A stretch of DNA of 64,000 bases from the NCBI GenBank assembly GCA_951406725.2, contig OX597830.1:58900001-58964000 (forward strand). Direction: 5' to 3'. The notes below the pieces were generated by a model. The model was not told the DNA's origin and did no database searches. It worked only from the letters and a program-made list of their open reading frames with translations. Position numbers and translations under genes: made by a program. Positions 41,636 through 54,634 of the stretch are shown here, in pieces. Source of the DNA: Octopus vulgaris (lineage: Eukaryota). The first letter of the stretch is position 1; every line of letters begins with the position of its first letter.

Positions 41636-42045
41636 TCTGTGTTACTTTTTGGGTGGTATAGCCCATATCTAGTTAGCAACTTCATTGTCTTTCTGTCCAA
41701 GATGTTTAGTTCGTCTGCTGTCTATGGGGTTACCCTGGCTCTATATCTAAGTAGTAAAACTGCCCAGGTATTGATAGCTTCAATCTATTGCCGTCCATTT
41801 AATTTCGACTTAAGGATAAGTCTCAGTCTGCGCAAGTGCTCCACCTTAGATTTTTCGATCACTTCTTTCTTCATCGATTTATACATTTCCAATATCCCCA
41901 AGTACTTTAGTCCGTCTCTTCAATCTGCTGCATAACCTCCCTCCACAGTATCGCTAGCCCGTCCATACATTTGATTTTGCCTCTTTTCAAGACTAACATA
42001 CCACACTTTTTTAGTCCGAACTCCATTCTGGTAGCAACACTGAAA
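41630..42045 (-). mobile_element. R4/Dong-like RT C-terminal fragment next to (TAA)n
   Basis: LKYLGILE...RLRLILKSKLNGRQ*IEAINTWAV...LDRKTMKLLT.YG.YHPKSNTDRL. Confidence 0.78.
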
Positions 42046-42093
42046 GTATTATTATTATCATTATTATTATTGTTGTTGTTGTTGTTGTTGTTG

Positions 42094-42175
<82 letters not shown>

Positions 42176-42177
42176 CA

Positions 42178-43055
<878 letters not shown>

Positions 43056-43599
43056 ATTATTTCTTTCATTACACATAAATTTAAAATCTGAATGAGAACA
43101 TCTTTTAATCTTATAAATCTCATCGTAATTGAAGCAGAAAACATTTTCTTATGAAGAAAAAAGAGTGAAATATGATATCAGTGTTGTGTAGGAGAAAATT
43201 AGTTAATTTGTTTGAAAGATATAAAAGAAAAGAACCTAGTACTGAAAACTGTGTCAAAACTGGTGGAATCAAAAGTTTTGTGTATAAACTTCAATAAAAA
43301 AAAGTGTGCAGAAAAGAGGAAATGGGTTTGGGCTTCACTTTGTATGTAAATAATATTCTTAACCATCGCCAAACTTGCCATCTGATGCTTGCATTGTTAT
43401 GATGAGATGATGTCTCATCTAAGAGAAGAGGCTTGGTGTGTTACAAGTATTTCTCAATAATATAATTAAACTCCTTTTACCTCACATTGGTTGGCTCATC
43501 TTTGCTTTCTAATTCATTTATTGCTGCTTTCTTGGCGTTTTTCCCCTTCGTTTCGGGTTCCTCGCAGACACTTTTGCATAGTTTTTTGCCGATTTGTCT

Positions 43600-43790
43600 A
43601 TTTACTCTTTTACTCTTTTACTTGTTTCAGTCATTTGACTGCGGCCATGCTGGAGCACCGCCTTTAGTCGAGGAAATCGACCCCAGGACTTATTCTTTGT
43701 AAGCCTAGTACTTATTCCATCGGGCTCTTTTGCCGAACCGCTAAGTTACGGGGACGTAAACACACCACCATCGGTGGTCAAGCGATGTTG

Positions 43791-43868
<78 letters not shown>

Positions 43869-44023
43869 CGACGGGCTTCTTTCAGTTTCCGTCTACCAAA
43901 TCCACTCATAAGGCCCGAGGCTATAGTAGAAGACACTTGCCCAAGGTGCCACGAAGTGGGACTGAACCCGGAACCATGTGGTTGGTAAGCAAGCTACTTA
44001 CCACACAGCCACTCCTGCGCCTA
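43600..44023 (-). mobile_element. SINE family B, full length
   Basis: Head GGCGCAGGAGTGGCTGTGTGGTAAGTAGC, internal (TA)n(TG)n, tail GAAACAAGTAAAAGAG. Confidence 0.9.
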
Positions 44024-44112
44024 TGTTTAAAACTTAAAAAAAAATCTTCATCTTTTGTATTTTTTAAAGTTTTGACTCAATAGCAATTATTTTTATCGCT
44101 TGAAAATATTTC

Positions 44113-44340
44113 TTTCTTTATTGCCTACAGAGAGCTAAACATAGTGGGTACAAAAGGGCAGACAAAGGGTTTAAGTCGATTATATCGACCCCAGTACGTA
44201 ACTGATTCTTATCTAATCGGCCCCGAAAGGATGAAAGGCTAAGTCATCCTCGGTGGAGTTTGAACTGAGAACGTAACGATAGATGAAATACCGCTAAGCA
44301 TTTCGCCCGGCGTGCTAACGATTCTGCCAGCTCACCGCCC
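44113..44340 (-). mobile_element. CORE-SINE
   Basis: Head and CORE motifs; flanked by AAAATATT on both sides. Confidence 0.85.
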
Positions 44341-44629
44341 TTAAAAATATTGTCTGTAAAAAGAGTGAAGTAGCAGGGAAAATGCGGGTGCAGGAATGGT
44401 AATTCTTAATTAACGAAACTGGGAAATCTTCAAAATATTCTCACTAAAGTTGGAATTTAAGTAATATGCTTTGGGATTAGGAAAAGTAGGGAAAAGATTG
44501 GAGAAAAAATCAGAATGCACTTTGGCAGCATGTTGGTAATGTCATTAAATTTGAAGAACTATTTCATTTTCTCTGTGTGCATGTCTGAGATAATACTCAA
44601 AACCACTACATTACATCACACTTTGAAGG

Positions 44630-45030
44630 CTATGCGTTTGCAATCCAGGAACAGGAGATAGCCACAAAGTACCTGGTGAACAAAAGAGACAGTGACGCTC
44701 TTGTAACCCCAAGGTGCAACCGCATGTGTAGGCTATGTCATGCTTCTGTGGAAGCCTGTGATTAGCAGCTGTTCTAAAATGTCGTCTCGGCACTACTTCT
44801 CTTCTGCGGATGACGTTGTAAATTGCTTTAGCAACAACATCGTGCTGCATAGGAGGGTAGCACTGTGATGACATTTTAGGACAGCTCTAATCACGTGTGA
44901 GATATCTTCTACAGGAACATGACATAGCCTACACATGCGGTTGCACCTTCGGATTACAAGAGCGTCACTGTCACTCTTGTTCACCAGGTACTTTGAGGCA
45001 ATCTTCTGTTCCTTGATTACAAAGTGGAAG
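44630..45030. mobile_element. Inverted duplication (fold-back) of an RLE retrotransposon Zn-finger segment
   Basis: 44636-44795 is the reverse complement of ~44858-45025; both encode AIQEQEIATKYL...RCNRMCRLCH... Confidence 0.85.
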
Positions 45031-45559
45031 GTCCGCATTTCTTTTAACACAAGGGATAATTCTATCAATGATAGACTTATTAATTCTGCCCAAGTCAGAT
45101 TTGTTTAGGCAAATTAGCCTAACAGTGGGTTATATATAAGCGATATTTTGTAGTTTGATCAATCGAGTTGCACAAATACTCGAACTTCATATTAAACTAG
45201 GCTGGCTAGTTTTAGTATTCTACATTTGAGTACAACTCCTGCCAATCTTGTCCCTCTTTTCACTGAGATGGATAAAATAATAGTCATAAAACTAAAATCA
45301 GTTCAAGTTACAACGCCGTATGATATGATCTCCCAGCCAGCCGAAACTGGTGCTCTTAAAAAATAGAAAACGTGTACGCGTTACAAACATCCCGTCTCCA
45401 CTTTATTCCCCGAAAAACCGAGGCACCTGTGACTCTTCAAGTAAGATCAATTATTCATTTCACTAAAATTAATTTTTACTTCTTAGGAACACCCATTTAA
45501 TACATGAAGAATTGGTATCCTACATTGCCTGCTGCGTTGTGCTTTGTATATCAGGGAAA

Positions 45560-47495
45560 AGACATTTAACATTGAAGAAACGTATAAACATCTGGGAATA
45601 CTGACAAAATCCAAAGCATTAAATGAAGATAGTAAAATACAAACTGAATGTGGGAAACATCATACAAGCAATGAACCTGAGAGTAGTATCTCTAATAAGC
45701 TGCGGAACAAGAATTATAAATGGCGGAAGGATGAGCTAATGGGCCTTGACATAAAAACAAAGAAGTATTTCAGAGCACAAAAAGCATGCATTCCCCAAAA
45801 GGCGTGGCCCAGTTATGCTGGAAAAGAGTAGAAGGGACAAGAGAGATAATGAGTGTCTAAGAGGTAGTAGAGCTAGAAAAGATAAGTCTAGCTTTCTATC
45901 GAGATGGAAAGAAGGAGAGCTAATAACAACGTGTAGAATCGAAAAAAGAGAAAACAAGAAATGTAGGCCCTTCTACAAGTTAACAGAAACCAAGTTGAAA
46001 ATAATCACCTACTTTATATGGATCATCGTAAATTGTATTCTAAATAACGAGAAAGACCTGGATTCTCTAATCCAAACAGTAGAAGTATTCCGCAAGGATA
46101 CTGAAACATAGTTCGGGTTAAAATAAAAGCACAACGCTTGTTATGAAGAAAGGACGGAAGATAAGTTCTGATAGCAGAAAAGAACCACAAAACAACGTCT
46201 TTAGATCGCTGTGGAATGATGAGGGGTACACATACCTAGGGATGCAGCAAGACAATCAATCATGGAAGGAGAAGGGAAAGAGAAAAGCTCTAAAGGATAC
46301 AAGAAGAGAGTTCGGAAAGTGCTCGAAAAACAATTAAATGTGGGGAATATAATTGAAGCAATAAACACATGAGTTACTCCCATATTAAGATACTCTTCAC
46401 CTTTTCTAAAAGAGGACAAAAGTTGAGTTACAGAACCTGAATAGAATAAGTTTCCCACAATGCCCAGCGCATACCGACAGACTCTGCCTATCAAGAAAGG
46501 AAGGAGGCAGAAGAATACAAAACGCAAAAGAAACCGTCACTGCCGCGATATTAGGGTTGAAAAATTATGTTGTACAGAGTAAAGAAAGAATAGAATCGGC
46601 AGTTCAAGATGCCCCAAAGTTACTGAAACAGGAGGAGAATTCAAGGACAGAAGGAAGAACTGCAAATGGAAAGAAATGAAATCACATGGCCAGTTCATGC
46701 AACAAATCGAGAATGTCGGAAGTAAAAAAGGTTGGTTATGACTGAAAGACGGAAATCTTAAACAAGAAACCGAAAAGCAAATTATAGCCCTCAAGTCATT
46801 AGGACGAATCTGATAACGGCAAAGATCGACAAAACTCAGTCAGACAGCAAATGGTAGAATCGGCAGGAAAGGAGTCGAAAGTTACAACCTTCTCTTGAGT
46901 GAATGTAGAAACCTTGCTCAAAAAGAGTATAAGCACAGATATATATGATTGCGTTGGTAAAAGAGTGCGTTGGGATGCTCGCTGAGGGTGCAGTTTCAGA
47001 ATAACAAATCAGTGGTATGAACAGGACCCAGAGACTGAGATAGAACATGAGAATTTCCAAATATTATGGGAATTCTCCAGAAAAGCTGATCATACCAGTG
47101 AGGCAAGAAGACAGATACAATCATAGAAAACAACATAAGCAAACAGTGTCAGATCATAGACTTTGCAATTCCCCAGGAAAACAGAGTCGATACCAAAGGA
47201 ACTGAAAGAAAATGAGAAATCCCGGGATTCAGCTTGACAGCGGAAGAGAGAGAGAGGGAGAGAGAGAGAAGGGGGAGAGAGAGAGAGGGGGAGAGAGAAA
47301 GAGAGAGAGAGAAAGAGAGAGAGAAGGACTGAGATAACAATTATTCCTGTGATAATTGGTGCATACGGCACAACACCCAAAACGCTACCAAGCGGTTGAA
47401 AGATATTGGAATTGAGAGTCGCATTGTCGGCCTGCAGCCAAAGTACCATTCTATATTCTGTAAGAATCCTAAGAAAGTTCTTGAGATTTGAGAAG
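45560..47495 (+). mobile_element. Highly decayed R4/Dong-like element(s)
   Basis: ETYKHLGI, HLLYMDH (RT YxDD remnant), YTYLGM, IEAINT, HGQFMQQ, ILWEF, IIDFAIP, IPVIIGAYG, ILRK. Confidence 0.75.
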
Positions 47496-47589
47496 TCTAA
47501 ACATTAAGACAATATAAGATGTACTTGCTTCATGATGATGATAATAATAATAATAATAATAATAATGATAATAATGATAATAATAATAA

Positions 47590-49030
47590 TAATGCTACTA
47601 TGAAGGAAAACATAAGAAAGGTATACTATAGGAGAATAAGGCTTGTACTGAAGACTGAACTCAACTCCAAAAATTGCATTGAGGCCATTAACACCCTGGC
47701 ACTTCCAGTAGTCCAGTACAGTTTTAACATCATTAACTGGAGCCCTACGGAACTCCAACGCTTGGACAGGAAGACAAGAAAATTACTGACATCCAAGAAC
47801 ATGCACCACCCTAAGGCAGATGTAGACCGCCTGTACCTAGCTAGAAGCAGCGGGGGGAGAGGAATGATGCAATTAGAGGTGTGCTATAAGACCTCCACTG
47901 TAGGAATGAACAGGTACCTATCTGGATGCTGCGACTTGTATGCGAACACGAAAGCAGCAAAAAGCTGCATTCTATTGTCAAGGAAGCTTATAAGTTCGAA
48001 AGGGAACTAGACATTAACCTTGAATCAGATGAAGAGCCGGAAACCACTGTTACCAAGCAAGCAAAGCGAATCAAGCAGACTGCAAAAAAGAACGGGCATA
48101 ATGAAATTGAGAGGCGGTGGAGCCAGAAGCCCCTGCATGGACAATATATTCTCCGAAGCCAAAATGCTGATGTAGACCAAGCAACAACCCATCAGTGGCT
48201 GAAGAGTTCAGGATTGAAAGCAGAGGCTGAATGCTTCATACTGGCAGCACAAGATCAAAGCTTGTTTACCAGAAATTATCAGGCTAACGTTCTCCGAAAC
48301 GGTACTGACCCTAAATGCAGATTCTGCGACACATTTGACGAAACAATAGACCATCTCGTTTCGGGATGTCCTGTGCTAACACCAAACGAATACAAAAATC
48401 GCCACGATAGTGTAGGACAGTATATACATTGGAAGATATGTAAACTCTACAAATTCGGCACTCCTGCTAACTGGTGTGAACACCGTCCTCAGCCAGTTGT
48501 TGAAGGTAAAGATGTCACCATCCTCTGGGATTTTCCAGTCAACACTGACAGAACGATCAAGGCTAATCGACCAGACATAATTGTTAAAGACAGGGAAGAA
48601 AATACCTGCAGACTAATAGAGGTAAGCGTCCCCACTGATAAAAATATATCTGTAAAGGAATTTGACAAACTTAGTAAATATAAGGACCTGGAAATTGAAA
48701 TACAAAAGATGTGGAATCTTAAAACAAAAACTGTTCCTGCTATTGTAGGTGCCCTAGGTATGATAAAAAAGGGATGTCAGAAACACCTAGACAATATCCC
48801 TGGAGAACCATGTCTCAAGGAAATCCAAAAGATTGTGCTAACAAGTACTGCCCACATCCTTAGAAAAACCCTATCAATGTAAATGTGTGTGTTGTATTAC
48901 ATGGAGATATTTCTCTACTTCCCCTCCCCAAGCTTTCAGCTATATTTCAACAACGCTTACCCTTCACTTGCCCTAGGGCGCTGGGTGTGCCCCGGCAAGT
49001 GATTGCATCAAACATGCAGATTAAAAGTAA
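47590..49030 (+). mobile_element. 5'-truncated R4/Dong-like element (family X) between (TAA)n arrays
   Basis: ORFs 47519-48010 and 47926-48882 (one frameshift): HHPKADVDRLY, CRFC...ETIDHLVSGC, RHD, NRPDII, KLSKYKDL. The 3' UTR ends in (TAA)n. Confidence 0.92.
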
Positions 49031-49035
49031 ATGAC

Positions 49036-49136
<101 letters not shown>

Positions 49137-49224
49137 TAATAATAATAATAATAATAATAATGATAATAATAATAGTGATAATAATAATAATAATAATAAT
49201 GAGAAAATGTAGGAGAAAATGTAG

Positions 49225-49764
49225 GAGAGTAACCATTCTGTGGGACTTTCCAATACATACAGACCGAACCATCAAGGCCAATAAACCAGATATTGTTGTG
49301 AAAGACCAAAACAATAAAGTTTGCTTATTGATCGACATGAGCATCCCCTGAGTTCATAATATCTCAGCGAAAGAGTTTGACAAGCTCAGAAAATATAAAG
49401 ACCTACTCATTGAAATTGAGAAAATGTGGCATCTCAAGGCGGTTACAATACCAGTGATCGTAGGAGCACTAGGAATGATCAAGAAGGGAACCGAAAATTA
49501 TATGAGAATGATCCCTGGCTTACCATCCCTGCAAGAAGTGCAAAAGATTGTCTTAACTGGTACATCACACGTATTGAGAAGAGCATTGTCGATGTGAGAA
49601 CTGTTGCTGCTCATGTATTTTAATTTAACTTAAAAAAAAAAAAAAAATGAACGAACTATTGAGTTTGGTTTAATGGCCTACCAATGTATACTATGAGTTT
49701 CTTTGCCCTAGGAGTCGGGAAGACACTCGGCAAGAAATGAAAGCAAATTTGAAAGAAGAAAAAA

Positions 49765-49765
<1 letters not shown>
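49225..49765 (+). mobile_element. R4/Dong-like 3' fragment (family Y) between (TAA)n arrays
   Basis: VTILWDFPIHTDRTIKANKPDIVVKD...LLIDMSIP...IPVIVGALG...QKIVLTGTSHVLRRALS. Confidence 0.88.
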
Positions 49766-49844
<79 letters not shown>

Positions 49845-49902
49845 AACAATAATAATAATGATAATAATAATAAAGATAATACTGATAATAATAATAATAA
49901 TA

Positions 49903-50009
<107 letters not shown>

Positions 50010-50076
50010 AACAATAATAATAATAATAATAATAATGATAATAATAATAAAGATAATAATGATAATAATAATAATA

Positions 50077-50210
<134 letters not shown>

Positions 50211-50242
50211 AAGAAGAAGAAGAAGAAGAAGAAGAAGAAGAA

Positions 50243-51384
50243 AAGAGGGTGGCCGTCGACTTTTACAACTGGAATTAACAAGGAAGATTGCCACAACTGG
50301 CCTAAACACCTCCCTGAAAAACTGTGATAACTGGATATTAAAACTTATCTTAAAGCATGAAAACAAGAAGACATCAATACTCAGTAACAAAATGGACAAA
50401 GAAATAATTAAATGAATTCCAAATACAACAAATCCCAGAGTTAGAAATACTGGAAATAAGCAGAGAGAAAGCTAAGCGTATGAAAACCGGTGCTAAAACT
50501 GCTGCCTGTGATATTCTTGATGATAAATGAGAAGAAAAATCTCTCAATGAGAAATACTCAAAGAGAGCTAATAATGCCGACGTTGACAAAGCCCTTACCC
50601 ATCAATGATTAATGTCTTCTGACTTAAAATCAGAAACGGAAGGGTTTATCATAGTAGCCCTAGATCAATGCCTACCTGCAAGGTGCCACCAGGCCAACAT
50701 ATTAAAGAACGGCAGTAACCCAACATGTGTACGTAAACAACAAAATGAAACCATTGATCATGTTGTCTCCATGTGCAGTCTTCTTGCACCTACAGAGTAT
50801 CTCAACAGACATGATGGAGCAGCACAGTATACTCACTGGGTAATTTGCAAAAATTTGGACCTTCCCATGATAAAAACTGGTGGAAAAACAAACCACCTCC
50901 CGTGCTTGAAAATGACCATATCACACCCATCTGGAACTTCACCGTTCAAACAAACTGAAAGATAGATACGAATAGGCCAGACATTATATTGAAAGACTTC
51001 AGACAAAAATCATTTACCTCATTGATATGGCTGTCCCAATCGACATAAATGTATCTGTCAAGACCTACCAAAAACTGAGCAATATAAAGATCTTGAAATA
51101 GAAATTAGCAAAATGTGGAACCTCAAGAATAAAACAATACCTGTTGTTATAGGTGACCTTGGAATGATAGCAAAAGGGGCTGATTGCTACCTAACTCAGA
51201 TACCAAGAAGCCCCCAAATGGCAGAAATTCAAAAGATAGTGCTCATGGGAACTGCCCATATCCTACATAAAATCCTGTCTATAAAATCTCAAATTTTAAA
51301 AGGAACTTATAATTTTCATGTTTTCTTAAACATTCTCTAGAATGTGCAAAACCAAATATATGGCACCCTAGGCATAACACCAAG
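50243..51384 (+). mobile_element. R4/Dong-like 3' fragment (family Z)
   Basis: EGGRRLLQLE, LKSETEGFI, ETIDHVVSMC, RHD, NRPDI, IPVVIGDLG, QKIVLMGTAHIL. Confidence 0.88.
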
Positions 51385-52698
51385 TTACGGCTGTAAAGAT
51401 CAACTAATGATCAATAAAGCCATAACTGAAGACAGCCGCAGAAAGAAGAAAGGCCTCAGTATGGCGTGGATCGACTACCGAAAGGCTTTTAATAGAATTC
51501 CCCACACGTGGATCCCCGAAACACTAGCCATGAACAAGGTAGCACTAATAATTATAAAATGCATAAGGCACTATATGAATTAATGGCAGACAGTGCTACA
51601 GCTCCAAACAAAAGAACTCGTGAAAACCAAAGCCATCCCCATTAGAAGAGGAATGTTCCAGGGAGACACGCTCTCTCCACTTCTTTTCTGCTTGGCACTG
51701 ACACCTTTATCTGATATGCTACATAGAACTGGATGCGGATATAAATGTTACGGCAAAACAATAATCAGCTACCTCTTATATATAGATGATCTAAAAATAT
51801 ACGCTATTAATGGTAAACAGCTGGAAACACTATTAAAGACAGTTCATGGATTTACCAAAGAAATAGATATGAAATTTGGATTAGCAAAATGTGCCAAAGC
51901 AACCTTGAAAAGAGGGAAACTAGTTAAAAGTAGCAACATCGCACTAGATAAAGCCAATGAAATAAGAGAATTAGACCAAAGTCAGACATACAAATATTTA
52001 GGAATCCATGAATTAGATATGATACAACACACACAAATGAAAGAGAAAATAAAGAAAGAATACTATAGACGAATTAGTTCAATACCAAAAACAGTGCTCA
52101 ATGCAAAAAGCAAGATAATAGGTATTAACACTTTAGCCGTCCCAGTTATAAGTTACAGCTACAATATCCTTAACTGGACATTAAATGAACTAACCAAAAT
52201 AGATGGGAAAACAAGAAAAATAATGACAGGATCTAGGATGCACCACCCAAAATCTGACATAGAAAGGCTATATATACAACGTATAGAATATGGTATAGGC
52301 CTTATACAGCTAGAAAACTTATAAAATAACCACCGTAGGACTGCAAAAATATCTACTTCAGAAGTAAGGAAAACTAATACAAATAGCCACAAAACACGAG
52401 CAAAACAAAAAACTGCTTTCAGTATTTAAGGAAGCTGGCAAATACAAACAAGAAGTCATACTACCTAACAAATATGAAGAAGAAGAGGAATCAACAAAAG
52501 CTATAAAACAAATGAAATCCAAACTAAAAATAGAACAGCAACGAACCATGATAAAACGATGGCAAGAAAAGCCCCTTCGTGGTAAATACTGGACTAAACT
52601 AAATGCAAAAGAAATAGAGAGAGAAAAATCCCAGCAATGGTTGAGAAGCTCAGGACTCAAAGCAGACACTGAAGGATTTTTAATTGCAGCACAAGACC
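51385..52698 (+). mobile_element. Internal RT fragment of family V (close paralogue of 59.75-61.2 kb)
   Basis: GCKDQLMINKAI...WIDYRKAF...RRGMFQGDTLSPLLFC...LYIDDLK. Confidence 0.92.
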
Positions 52699-52886
52699 AT
52701 GTGTTTCTCCAGCCTTCTTCCTCCAACCTTTCTATTCTTCTGACAGTAAATTCTGGTAAATGCTTTCTGAAAGCATTCCTGTTAACAGTTTCCACACTAA
52801 AGGTAAGCAAGTGATTGGTCTATAATTGATAGCTGTATTACCCTTGTTTTTATCTTTCATAAGGAGTCTTGTTCTCCCTATTATTA

Positions 52887-52962
<76 letters not shown>

Positions 52963-52966
<4 letters not shown>

Positions 52967-53712
52967 TAGTTTTATTTTTATAGTGTGCTTTCACTTCACT
53001 ACCGAGCGCAGCTCTGTGTGCCTTGGGTATGTGCTGTGATTTGTTGTGATGTTCTGATGGTTACTGTATTGAAAGTGTTTTGCGTAGGATGTGTGCAGTG
53101 CCTAGTAGTGCAATTTCCTGTATGTTATATGTGTTTGTAAGTCCTGGTGTTTTTGTTATGTATTTGTCTGAATATTTTTTATCATACCTAATGCGCCCAC
53201 TATGAAAGGAATTGTTTCTGTTTTTAGATTCCACATTCGAGTTACTTTTATTTCCAGGTCTTTGTATTTTGAAAGTTTCTCCATTTCTTTTAGAGAAACG
53301 GTGTCATCTGCTGGTATTGATACATCAATTAGAAAACATTTTTTTCCTTCATGATCTCTGACAACTATATCTGGTCTGTTGGCCTTAATTTCTCTATCTG
53401 TGTGTATTGGCATATCCCAGAGTATGGTTGCTTTCTCATTTTCTGTGACCTTTTCTGGTGTGTGCCTATACCATCTTTTTTCTGTTGTTATTCCATAATG
53501 TTGGCATAGCTTCCAGTGTATGTAGGTCCCAACTCGTGTCTGTGAATATATTCCTTCTTAGCCAGGACTGGGCAGCTAGAGATAATATGATTTATCGTTT
53601 CTTGTCCATCTCCACATATTCTGCAGTTGTTATATTTCTTTTCATTATATGTTTTTGGTAATTTCTGGTGGGGAGGCTTTGGTCTTGTGCTGCAATTAAA
53701 AATCCCTCCGTC
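52963..53712 (-). mobile_element. 3' end of family V, flanked by (TAA)n on both sides
   Basis: Near-identical to 61165-61920: MPIHTDREIKANRPDIVVRD..., and 3' UTR ...AAAATAAAACTACTGAAT(AAT)n. Confidence 0.92.
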
Positions 53713-53730
53713 TTATTATTATTATTATTA

Positions 53731-53786
<56 letters not shown>

Positions 53787-54268
53787 GCCTATGCATATTT
53801 TCTAAGGCTGGAGATGTACTATGGTGTCAGCTGTTCCCTACCAGTGAACTTAGGTAACACCTTATTTTTCGAGCACCTTCTGGAGTATTCGAGCGGTTTC
53901 AAACAGTGCCGTTTTCTGCAAGTGCTCCACCCTTATTGCAGCCCCTATTTGTTCCACGTACTTCTCGAGATTTTTGTTCACTGTTCCCAGGGCTCCGATA
54001 GTTATTGGTACTACTGCTACGTTTTTCATCGACCACAATTTCTTAACTTCCCAAGCTAACTTGTCATATCTCTCGACTTTTCTTTCTTCCTTATCGCATA
54101 CCTTGTTGTCAGCTGGGCATGCTATATCTATTATCCAGCATAGTTTGTTTTCTTTCTCAATTAAGACTATGTCCGGCTTGCTATTCTCTAGCTCATGGTC
54201 GCACTGAATCATAAAATCCCATAGGATCTTTGCATTTCCATTTTCGACGATGCCTTCAGGTTTTGCCA
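53787..54268 (-). mobile_element. R4/Dong-like 3' fragment (family W)
   Basis: KILWDFMIQCD...KPDIVLIEK...IIDIACP...KVERYDKL...VPITIGALG...QKTALFETARIL; followed by (TAA)n. Confidence 0.88.
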
Positions 54269-54381
54269 ATTGTGGCAATCTTCATTTTTAATTCCAGTTG
54301 TAAAAGTCGACGGCCACCCTCTTTTTTTCTTCTTCTTCTTCTTCTTCTTCTTCTTCTTCTTCTTCTTCTTCTTCTTCTTCT

Positions 54382-54428
<47 letters not shown>

Positions 54429-54467
54429 TTCTTCTTCTTCTTCTTCTTCTTCTTCTTCTTCTCCTTA

Positions 54468-54528
<61 letters not shown>

Positions 54529-54584
54529 CATCATCATCATTTTTATTCTCATCCTCATCATCCTCATCATCATCATCATCATCA

Positions 54585-54633
<49 letters not shown>

Positions 54634-54634
54634 A

